A stretch of 64,000 bases of DNA from Octopus sinensis. Taxonomy: Eukaryota. Positions within the stretch are counted from its first letter, which is position 1; the number at the start of each line of letters is the position of its first letter. Below, piece by piece: positions 25,891-37,298 of the stretch. The notes below the pieces were generated by a model that ran no database searches, was not told the origin of the DNA, and worked only from the letters and a program-made list of their open reading frames with translations. The stretch lies in assembly GCF_006345805.1 (NCBI RefSeq), contig NC_042997.1:122326001-122390000 (forward strand), written 5' to 3'. The translations under genes and the position numbers were made by a program.

Positions 25891-28371
25891 TACCAATACT
25901 CCAGTACAAAGCGATGTATAATCTCGTCGTCTTCGATTAATTGTGTACCTCAGGACGTTTTCCTAGTGATAAAGAGATGATTCAAGCCTAGCAGGATAAA
26001 AGTCATTGGCTACTAAACTAGCAGACGCAATAAACAGCTTTGTGTGCAGATACAGAACATTAATTCTTGTAGAATCATTGCAAGAGAAAAAAAGCTCTGA
26101 TGAAAAACCTGAGCATCATCAAGATGCTGGTCGTCACATCCAGTTATAAACAGGTGTGAGTAAAGCTGTTCTATTTGAAAAGTGATTCATGGTCTGCACA
26201 ATCTTCACTCATAATAATTAATTCGCATAGAGGAAAGGGTGGAGAAAGTTCTGTGTCGATAGGAAATAGTGGAACATACTGCCTTGTCAAGTTGGGTAAA
26301 TGTAGGCAGCTTAGGATATAGTTCGCTTCTGTTCAAAGGTATGCTGTCGAAAACACACGGCGGCTTCTCCATCAGCAAGCAGGCCATTCTGAGAATAATT
26401 CTTGGACTGACCAGTGACACTTCAGCTGAACTCATTTTCCAAACCTGTGAGGTAGCAGTCTTGGAACACACATTCTAAGGGATTTTATTCTCTAATCTGT
26501 TGATTTCCGCGACCCACGCGCAAGAATGCACATACTTGCACGCATATATTTATTGACGGGTCAGTACTGAGAAACTTAGGTCCGTGTGTATCACGTCAGG
26601 TCGGAGATGGGAAGGAGCGCTTCCCTTCGCAAATACTGAAAGAGTACAGAAAGTGTCAATAGCCAGGTGAAGAAGGTGTCTCCCTGCGGCTACAAACTAC
26701 AGTAGCATCCTCCCATATATATATATATGTATATATTTGTATATATACATATAAACATGTATGCTTATATATGTGTGTGTGCCTATCTGTAATTACATAG
26801 GTAAATATCAATATATGTGTACATATGGAATTACGTATGTGTATACGCATACACTCACACATATATATTCACAGTGCTGATCAAGAAATATCTATTACGT
26901 AACTAAATATATGTATATTTGTGTAAGTGTGTCTGTATGTGTGTATGCGTGTCTGTATCTAAGGTATGTTAGGAATTTAGAGACAGCGTAAAAGCAATTT
27001 GCTCCCAGTATAATAGTAATGGAATAATACATCTGTTAAAAATATCAACAATTTCAGCTGATGGCGTGATGCATAACAGTGTAGCATCATACAACAGAGC
27101 GTATTCCGTTGTTTAGCCTGCAAACCACTTCGATTTATGATTGTTATTATTAGATAGGAATGAAAGTGTTCCCTTATATATTATATAATCTGTGACACTG
27201 AGATCAGTCAGCACATACCGCTTTGATTTTCGTCTCTATACATTCCAACGTATACGTCCTATATTCTTTGCTATGTTAAAACTGCGCACCAGTTCATGAG
27301 GATAGATTAGATTGCATTAAGTTGTACAACGATCGATTGTTTCTGCACAATATCCCACAAAATTACATTTTTATCTGTTGAAAAATTGTTATGTGAATAA
27401 ATCAAGGTGAATGGAAGAGGAAACCCGTGATGCTCCCATTTCCTACATCGAAGATGGCACGTAGAACACAATTGATAGAAAGCCGGTTTGCGCATGTGTA
27501 TATAATGAAATCACAAAGTAGCACAAACGTATACACAATGGAAAAATAATCATCCTTGCTGTCCTAAATATAATATACTATAATATCAGACTCTCTTTAC
27601 TCTCTTTTACTTGTTTCTGTCATGTGACTGTGGCCGTGCAGGAGCACCGCCTTTAGTCGAGCAAATCGACCCCAGGACTTATTCTTTTTAAGCCTAGTAC
27701 TTATTGTATCGTTTTTATTGCCGAACCGTTAAGTTACGGCAACGTAAACACACCAGCATGGGTTTTCAAGCGATGTTGAGAAGACAAACACATATACATA
27801 CACCCACATATACATACATATATACACATAAATACCTATATAAATCCCTTTGGATCTTAACACCTCAAGGTAATTTTTTGGTAAACAACCATAAAACTCA
27901 AGATACACAACGAACTCACAATGTATCGGAGAACTTATTTTTTAATTTTTGTACATTTTTATCATTATTCTTTTACAAAAAACAATGCAATTTTCTTTTT
28001 TTCCCCTTTCTAATTTTTAAAATAACTTCTTAAAACATAAATATTCTTGACAAGTCATACAAGGACGAAAACCGGTTGAATAAATATATATTTATATATT
28101 TTATCATTTTCTCATTTTATTAAAATTTTCTTTCATTTGAGCATTCTGCATTTAAAAAAAAAATTTTTCCTTACTTATCATTTCTCCACGGGCGGTCAAC
28201 ACAACCCCACTATTTATTGATCTATATGTATATATATACACACACATAATATAAATATACATATATATGCATATATATACATACATATCTCTCTCTATAT
28301 ATATATTCATACATACACACTCATATATACATACATATCTCTCTGTCTATATATATATTCATACATACACA

Positions 28372-28421
<50 letters not shown>

Positions 28422-28523
28422 CATTGATATATACATTGATATATACATACATCCATAATTATAGCCATTTTCAACTTTTTCTTTTGCTTCTCTAGGCTCT
28501 TCTTTTTATATTTATTCCTTACT

Positions 28524-28636
28524 CTGATGAAGCTCCATTGTTCAGATCTGTTTTATTACCAAATATGATAGATATTTTTTAGCATATCAGAGGCAATACC
28601 ACACAACATTGGAAGCAGAAACAGCTGTTAGATGGG
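28524..28636 (+). ncRNA. Degenerate hammerhead-like motif with long stem II
   Basis: CTGATGA 28524-28530; gctccattg...cattggaagc stem; GAAA 28618-28621; perfect palindrome acagctgt as stem III; weak stem I. Confidence 0.45.
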
Positions 28637-28849
28637 ATGCAGTCTATTTGAATTGAATTAATGAGTGATAATTAATCAAGAGGATGCGTTATAACACGCT
28701 TCCACATATAGACAAACAGCCATACCAACAATGCAATATAATGTAAGTATATATTGTTGTTTTTCAATGCTTCTCTATTTTCTGTTTCCTTTATACATAC
28801 ATATATGTATGTGTGTTTGTGTGTGCGCGCGCACAGACAATTAGGAAGC

Positions 28850-31325
28850 GCACGCAAGTGTGCTACTCCTTCCCGCGTGGTGAGTGCTGGCATGGACATG
28901 ATGGAACAAATTGCCGCTTCCTGCATCCGAAACCATTTAATAGGCAGACCAAAAGAAAAAGCCTCTCTCCAAAAGACAAAGGAAGACTACAAAGAAGAAG
29001 AAATCGTGCATCACCTGCCTCAAAGCTAAAGCACACCGATGAATTGAACATTATGTAATACCAGATCACAGCATGAGAGAGTTGACCACATATGGTCCAA
29101 CGGAACCCAAAAATATGCAGCCTATATAAAGCACTCAGAACCTATCTAATCTGAACTTCCACAAAGCAGACCTGAAATCTATTGAAAAAGAGATCACCAT
29201 ACACGAATGGTCTCAATGTCTCTCTACACCTGACATAGATATGACCGTATTGCAAGCCATATACTACAATTTTATTCCAGAGGGAAGGACCACTGCATAT
29301 AAAAATGAGTTCCCCATGGAGAGGAAATTACTTATGAGACAAAGATTGCAAACCGTTTCAACAGAGAACTCAACGGTGGTGTGAAAACCCGACTGAAAAC
29401 AGCACTGTTGAACTTTGGGAAACAACTGAAGCACTCCCATCAGAATGAAATATCAGACAGAGAAGCCTGGGTCATAAGAAATATAAAATAGACCTTAAAG
29501 TCTTCTTTACGTACGCCAAGTAGACTGCCTCTGTGCATTGCAGGGTAGGCCACTCCTCCAAAATAGATGGCTCTCTCATGGGGAACCCAATGAGGATAAG
29601 TGAAACACTGAATGAACAGTACATACGTGTCTTCCCCCCATCACTACGGCACATGCAAGTTAGCAAACCTGTGGAATTTTTTACTGCTACATAGCCTGAA
29701 TTGGAGGCTATAACAGTTGATTACGTCAACATCAAAGAAAAGTATGTAGTACATACTTTTCCTTTTGCTTTTCTAGGCTCTTCTTTTTTATTTATTCCTT
29801 ATTCTGATGAATGTATGATATAGGTGTATGTATGATATAGATGCAAACACAGCTACGGACCCTGATGGATTCCCAGCAATCCTCGCAGTCATGCAAACGA
29901 GTCTTCCAAAACCATTACAGCTACTTTTTCAGAGCTTCCTCGCAATTGGTAATTATACACCCTATCAATAAAGGAGGAAGTAGAGCATATGCTAAAAGTA
30001 TAGCACTATGTCTCTGACCTCACACATCAGCAAAGTCATGGAACGAATAGTCCGAAGGAAATGAATTGCATTCCTTGAAGAGAATAAAAGAGAATGACTT
30101 GCTGACTGACACCCAGAATTGTTTTCGAGCAGCTAGAAGCTGCCGGACACAGCTCTAGCAGCATTACGACTTGATGCTAAAGCAGCTATTCAACAACTCA
30201 GATGTGGATATGATATACATCGACTTTACAAACGCCTTCAACAAATTTGGCCGTTGTGTTTTGTCACAAGCTCCGAAATCTTGGCATATTTGGAAAACAT
30301 GGACAATGGCTATATGACTTTCAAAGAGATAGAAGTCATGTAGTAGGTGTCAATGGAGTTACCTCCAAGAAAAAAAATAATGAATAATGTTCCACAGGGA
30401 ACGGTCCTGCGGCCCCTGCTATTCATAGTGGCTCTTTCTGATATGCCATCAGCTGCTTAAGTAGATACTCTTGCTAGCTATGCAGACGAAACAAAACTCT
30501 CTCAGACGATACAGAACCCTGAAGACGTTGTGCATCTGCAACGTGAATTAGACGAAATATACAGGAAAATAGCATGCAGTTTAAACTGGTAGAAAATTCC
30601 AAGCCTAGCGCCCCCAACACGGGAAGCCCAATGAAAAGCAAATAGGATACATTGGCCCAGGAGGGATTCCAATCCCCGAATCAAAATCAATGCGTGACCT
30701 AGTCACCGATATCAGTAGTGATGAATCTTTTCAGGTGCACATTACCAATAAAATCCAGACTACTTGCCGGGTGGCTCCTTCGAACTTTCAAAACAAGAGA
30801 AAAGGAAATCAAGATGGTCTTCTGGAGGTCGTTCCTTCACAGACCTCTCGATTACTGTTCCCAAAAGTGGTCACAAAACACAGTAACGACTGCACTGGAG
30901 GCGATCCAGCGATACAATGCAACATATCTATTGGGAGAGTCTAAAAGAGTAAAGAATCTACTCCATGGAGCGAAGGCGGGAAGGATATGCAGTGATATAC
31001 ATCTGTAAAATCCTAGAAAAAACTGTTTCATACTTCGGCATCGTCACTTACTCAAACAGCAGAATGGGTGGCACTACATGATACAGGACTATATACTGCA
31101 ACAGCTTGGGCGTCAAAGGCCCGCAGCTCTTCAGTATCCTCCCACAAAGCCTGGGATACCTGCATGGCGTCGATGTAGGTTTTTTTCGAAACAACACTGT
31201 TAATAGCTTCGGATGAACCTGCTACTAGGCACGAAACACACATTAAGGCATCAGAAGAGGTTTAGTGAAAGTGTAGCAAAGTAAAAGGCGGGGCCCCAGC
31301 ATAGCTGCACTCCTTAGCCTGAAAC
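28850..31325 (+). mobile_element. Degenerate CR1-group LINE: CCCH zinc-finger ORF1 remnant plus ORF2 (endonuclease mostly missing, RT pseudogenised)
   Basis: VCYSFPRGECWHGHDGTNCRFLHP at ~28858; NLNFHKAD; DGFPAIL; LTSHISKVMERIV; VPQGTVLRPLLF at ~30388; YADETK at ~30479; many stops and frameshifts; ends at (AT)n. Confidence 0.85.
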
Positions 31326-31418
31326 GTAGATATATATACATCTATATATATACATCTATATATATATATATATATATACATACATATGTATGCATATATA
31401 TATATACATATATACAAT

Positions 31419-31473
<55 letters not shown>

Positions 31474-31591
31474 TATATCGCAACGCCTACTACACTGCTC
31501 AACCCACATAAACAAGGCATTCCGAGAATTAAGTTACCCAGAATGTATTCGCTAAAAACCTAAGAGCATTATTGTGTGTCTGTGTGTATAC

Positions 31592-31644
<53 letters not shown>

Positions 31645-31853
31645 ACACACACACACACGCATACACAATCGCAGCACGAAGTTTTGTCAGGGATGAAAAT
31701 ATTTTGACACAAATTAAATTTTAATGTTGAAGTCAATCTAGCTTTTTTGTTTGTGTTTTTAGATAGCTTATAAACACCTTCCACACTGCAATTGTTTTTG
31801 TTTCAGCTCACGATCTCAGATCAAGTCACTTGTTATGCAAGTACATCTCCGTA

Positions 31854-31890
<37 letters not shown>

Positions 31891-32317
31891 ATATATATAT
31901 ATGCATCAAATAAATTACTGGAAGTGCGTATGTACGGAAATTTTAGTATACCTCAAAGGGGAAATTATTGATTAGAGTAAAATTTAGATAATATTCCGTG
32001 CATGCACGGAATATTATAACTGAATCTACAGTAGAGAATCTCCGAAATTTACAATTTAGAAAATGGAAAAGGAAAATATAAAAAAAAAGGTAAACCAAAA
32101 GTCTCAGAGACGGAATTCTTCGGCGTATAGATAAGAAAGAATGAATATTTATAAACATTTGTTCAGAAATACACGGATTGAGTTATCAGTATAAACCTCT
32201 CCTGAATTGCGATACTTCATTCGGAAAAGTTGCATGTGTGAAGGTGTGAGTGTGTGCGCGCAAGGACATCAGGATATTTCATCAGTTTTGTATATAAAAT
32301 GGCACACACACACATAA

Positions 32318-32364
<47 letters not shown>

Positions 32365-32486
32365 CACGTTATATATTTAAACTATAGCATATAAATATCT
32401 ATATATATATATATATACCATATATACTAAGATATATATATTTATATACATTAGTATATACGTACACATTTACCCACACACAATTA

Positions 32487-32547
<61 letters not shown>

Positions 32548-32740
32548 ATGTATGTATGTACAAATGCGCCTGAATACGAAAACGTATTGTGCTGTTGTCT
32601 TCCGGCATAGCATAGAATCTGGTGATTCTGAAATTATAGCCTAGCATGTTCTATAAAGACACCAATGGCATTTCAGGTACGATATTATACCCTATTTCAT
32701 CAGTTGAATCTCATTTTTTCCTACCTATTTCTACACGTTT

Positions 32741-32741
<1 letters not shown>

Positions 32742-32773
<32 letters not shown>

Positions 32774-33827
32774 TGTGTACAGTGCTCAGGTGCACTACAA
32801 CTCATCTAAAGTGTATATATAATCAGGTGTAGTTTCGGCGGATTTCGGAAAGCATGAGGGCCTTAAAAGATGCAGTGTCATGGCAGTCAACAACTGACGC
32901 AGGCAGTTTATTCCATGCTTCAGCAACTCTGAGCGTGAAAAAATGTTTCCGAAAGTCATGGGAGCTGTATTGTTTTCTGACTTTGTAGGCATGTCCACGT
33001 GTGTTAGACACATGGAGATCAAAAAGGTGTTCAGTGTTGTTGTTGGTGAGGTGGTTGATAACTTTGTGGGTGTTTACCAAGTCCGTCGCCAAACGCCGGA
33101 GCTTCAGTGAATCCATGCCCAGGGAAACAAGGCGCTCAGAATATGGTAGGTGTCTGATGGAGGGTATGCGTTTGGTTGCACGTCTCTGGACAGATTCCAG
33201 GAGGTCAATGTTCTGTGCAAGATAGGGGTTCCAAACTGATGATGCGAATTCCAAGTGTGGTCGTACCATAGCTGTATACAGTTTTAAATAGATGGCTGGA
33301 GAGCGGCTAACAAAAGACCTGCTGAGTGATGCCAAGACACCCTCGGCCTTCCTGACAATCTTAGAGATATGCTTTGACCAACGCAAATCACTGCTGACAG
33401 TGATGCCTAGGTCACGCTCGCAAGAGGATTTCTTGATATCAGTGTTGTGGAGGGAGTATGTGAACGCAGGGTTTTTTCTCCCAAAATGCATGGTGGTACA
33501 CTTGTCCACAGCCAGTTTCAGTTGCCAGTCTGTGATCCATTGCTGCATTGTGTCTAGGTCTGATTGCAGGAAAGAGTTGTAGACATCAGGATCTGTCCTC
33601 TTGATTTCAAGGTACAGCTTGATGTCGTCTGCATATTTCAATACTGTGGCATTCTTTAAATTGGCATCTATGTCGTTAATGTATGCCACAAACAAGAGGG
33701 GACCAAGGACAGATCCCTGTGGTACACCCGATGACATCTCATATGGTGTAGAGTGCTGTCCTAGAACTGTGACTACCTCCTTTCGGCTGAGGATGAAGGA
33801 TTTCAACCAGTTAAAAAGGTCATGCCA
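32742..33827 (-). mobile_element. Young 5'-truncated CR1-group LINE with (TTA)n tail
   Basis: Open frame 33827-32823, short 3' UTR with a gtgc/gcac stem-loop, then a (TTA)n tail at 32742-32773. Confidence 0.92.
32823..33827 (-). CDS. LINE ORF2 reverse transcriptase, C-terminal part (no native start)
   Basis: SGVPQGSVLGPLLF, YADD, RDLGI, VRPHLEFASSVWNPY, ESVQRRATK, RGH and FFTLRVAEAWNKLP motifs; no stops or frameshifts. Confidence 0.9.
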   Translation of the reverse strand, partial: WHDLFNWLKSFILSRKEVVTVLGQHSTPYEMSSGVPQGSVLGPLLFVAYINDIDANLKNATVLKYADDIKLYLEIKRTDPDVYNSFLQSDLDTMQQWITDWQLKLAVDKCTTMHFGRKNPAFTYSLHNTDIKKSSCERDLGITVSSDLRWSKHISKIVRKAEGVLASLSRSFVSRSPAIYLKLYTAMVRPHLEFASSVWNPYLAQNIDLLESVQRRATKRIPSIRHLPYSERLVSLGMDSLKLRRLATDLVNTHKVINHLTNNNTEHLFDLHVSNTRGHAYKVRKQYSSHDFRKHFFTLRVAEAWNKLPASVVDCHDTASFKALMLSEIRRNYT

Positions 33828-35403
33828 CTACATGTGAATCGGAGGTCTGCTTCGAGCTTTCAGGCCCCTGATTTTAGTTTGATGTTTTCTACGCAGGTCG
33901 GTGAGAGAAAAGCTTGAGCGTAAATTCCTCTTTCACATTAACGTAAACAGTGTCAAACTCTTGTGCTTTTGAAATACAATTCTCTAAATATTCTAAACAA
34001 TGTGCCTGGTATCATAAATTAAAATAGAGGATAACTGGTGTCATAGAGAGCACATATTTGAAATGTTATCTTTCCCAAGAGCATTTAGATACGTAATTAA
34101 ACATTCATGCATATGCATATATGCATATGAATATATAATCGAAATATAGCCAGCTAGTCCCTCCTGAGCGTTTATGGCCTTCACTAAATGGTTAAATTCC
34201 TTAATCACAGGTTTGAACCTTTGTTGAAAAAAATAGCCTCCCGGTCTCTTCTGACGTAGAAATAAAACATACAAGTAGTAATATTTAAAGGGAAAGAGAT
34301 AAACTCCATCTTCTAGTTGGTACACATTATAAATGTATGGGTTGATGTAATGAGAAAAGAAATGCCTTGCTTAAGGATACAATGTACCGAGCAGTTCCGG
34401 AATGGAACTAACGCCTTTATGATTATCGGCTGGAAACGCTAACGACTAAACCATACAACTTCACACACACACAACTTCAAAAACACATATGTATATGCAT
34501 ATAGTGTGTGTTGTTTCTCTCCTGCATTCAGCTGCTCCTTATCTGTTTTGCTTTCCATCAAACATTCTTTCGAAAATGTCCTTCGTCATCAAACTTCAAT
34601 GGAGCTACCCGTGTAGTCGCCGACGACGTGACCACTTAACATGGTATACCAATAAATAGCATAAGAATGACATAAAATGAAAGGAAGCATTGACTAAAGT
34701 AATGCTGTTTATACATTACTTGAGAAAATACGAGGAGATAGTCACTGATAGAACAATGGTGACCATATTTCTACTCCTTTATGACTGGCAGGTAACTAAA
34801 CTCGTTAGCACTTTTGAAATTTCTCAAATATAAACACACATGTTACAAGCTTCAATATTCGCTACCATAAGATCTTAGGAAATTTATCTTTATGTAAACA
34901 ACTATTTCTTTGATGATAATTCAATAACTATTTAAAAATGTCTTCGTTCTTTCCATTGACATATTATTCATGTCACTTTGTGTGAAATGTCATAGTTGAT
35001 TCATTGGAATTACTTTCATATACTTTTTTTTCCATATCTGAAGCTGTTGTCTTTTCTAAGATTTATTGTTTGAAAGAATGTTATGAACAACGACTTCAGA
35101 AATGATACCGTTTGCATGGTTCGTTTCATTATGGTGTCAACGGTTCCTCTGATAAGGTTATTAACGTCGTCATTCATATTTTATCCTTTGGTTTCATTCA
35201 GAAAGCCCACTCTTAGAAGTCTAATCTTGACAATACACAACGGATTGTTCCTTAAGTTCTGATATTCTTTTATTCAATGACTGCTCTCTAATCAGGCAGA
35301 ATGATTTAACTAATTTTCTCAAATGCGGAATGAACCTTCAATGGTGGAACACTAACACATAATATTATAAGGCGACTCAATCAAAACCTTATCTCTTAGG
35401 ACC

Positions 35404-35452
35404 TATGAGGAGATTCATTGACCTAAGACTTAGGTCAATGAATCTCCTCATA
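35404..35452. repeat. Perfect 24-bp inverted repeat with 1-nt spacer
   Basis: tatgaggagattcattgacctaag-a-cttaggtcaatgaatctcctcata. Confidence 0.95.
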
Positions 35453-37215
35453 ATATGTTTGAAGGCAATTTTATTGAATGGCAACATAAAATACCGTGAA
35501 CAACGAGGCAGTCGACAACTAGAACTTTGAAATTTCCCTTGTTGTAATTATTAAATAAAGGTCAGCTCTTCTCGAGGAGACATTTATTTCGGCTGAAGCC
35601 GGTATAGTTTATCTAAGAGTACAGTTTCCAATCACCTTTCCAGTTTCTAAAGACTATCGGGATTTGATAGGTATATCTTGCAGAACTGACCACCAAGTAG
35701 ATCCCTTCACTTTCTCGTAAGAATATTGACCAAAGTATTTATTCTCTACAGATTACGTTTTCTATAATGAGATTCCGTCATTCACAGGAATATCCCAGGT
35801 GACGTTTGTTCCGCTAGATTTGCACGAATATTTCGTTGTCAGTTTCACCAGCCGAAATGCAATGAACCGATGATAGGAAAGCTGGAAGCTTGTAACTAAC
35901 AACGCTATGGTTCATAGTCTCAACAATAAAAGACATAATAGAGCGATATAATTACTCTCTTGCTTCTAACACAAGCATGAACTGTAAATCTCTTTAATTT
36001 AGATTAATATAAGTTTATTGTAATTCTCCGATGATCACATATCCGGTATTTAGTATTGGATATTTCCTTACTTGATAATATATATCAAAATAATTATGAA
36101 TATTGAAACAGAGCGATGTAATGGTGGATTGCTTCTTTGAAAGATGAGGTTTAAATTGTTAGATCAACCAAATGCCTTGCTCCTGATACTTGTGAATTAA
36201 AAACAAGTGGCTGAGTATTCCATAGATATTCTGAGAATGCGTAACAAAATTTTGAAACAGAATCAACATGACACTTTGTGACAGGGCCGCACTTTTTGAA
36301 TAATAGGCACTATATACTCGACAGTTCCTATACCGTTTCAGTCTCTACCGAAATCCAACTAAAATGGTATGAATCGCCCGAGCTTATTGAAAGTTACATT
36401 TGCGTAACATACCACTTCTTCATATAATATACATGCCTTAAGAGAAATTCTTTGTTGAATCGTGAAATCACTCAAATCAAATTTGTCTTAATGTATTTTC
36501 GAGAGATAATGGGGTTTATTACATACAACAAATATTTAGGTGAATTTCAGTAAAGAGGCCCGAGGAGCAAGCACTAATGGTAAATAAGCTTGTATATTAT
36601 ACCTGACATCTAAGAGGAAAACAATTGTTTCCAACGTGCTGCGCAGTTTCCTCCTTAAAAATTCCCATCACGTTTTGTTTGACAATTGACTTGGTAGAAG
36701 ACAAGAAAAATAATGTACACAATATGCCCCGCAGTGTGCTCGAACCTGAAACTAGTTCCTTTCTCTTCTCAATAGTGGCTTTATCCATTGAAGTTGAAAG
36801 TAAACTATGAAAACATACGTTGTACTCTTTCTGGTGTTCATAAGAATGATTTTCAAAACATTTAATATTAGATGAAATATAATTCCATAAAGATATGCAG
36901 AAATACAAATGTTGCTTCAAAGTAGTGACACAGTGGGGAGACACACGGTTGTATTAATTACCTGGTAACTTGCTGAGTAACTGATATTGTCACTTTTAAA
37001 ATAAGGTGTTATAGAATATTTTGTTAATTCAGTTCTTGTTTAATTGTACTATTTGATCTCTGTCAGTATCTCACAAGTGTCAAACATACTTCGTCAGGTT
37101 CTTATATTTTTTTATTTTTAGTTTTAGTTGGAGAACCAATTCTAATGATATCCAGAATAGCGAGGTGTAAGCAACAATACCAACAAAACATTACTAACAT
37201 CAATAGTAACAACAA

Positions 37216-37298
<83 letters not shown>

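Noticed and set aside
32655-32710. Minus-strand CTGATGA...GAAA near 32700
   Set aside because: Needs 3 unpaired nucleotides after the core and a bulge, and stem I is only 2 bp.
33828-33836. Possible TSD for the 32742-33827 LINE (ctacacgt vs ctacatgt)
   Set aside because: Imperfect, and not directly abutting the tail.
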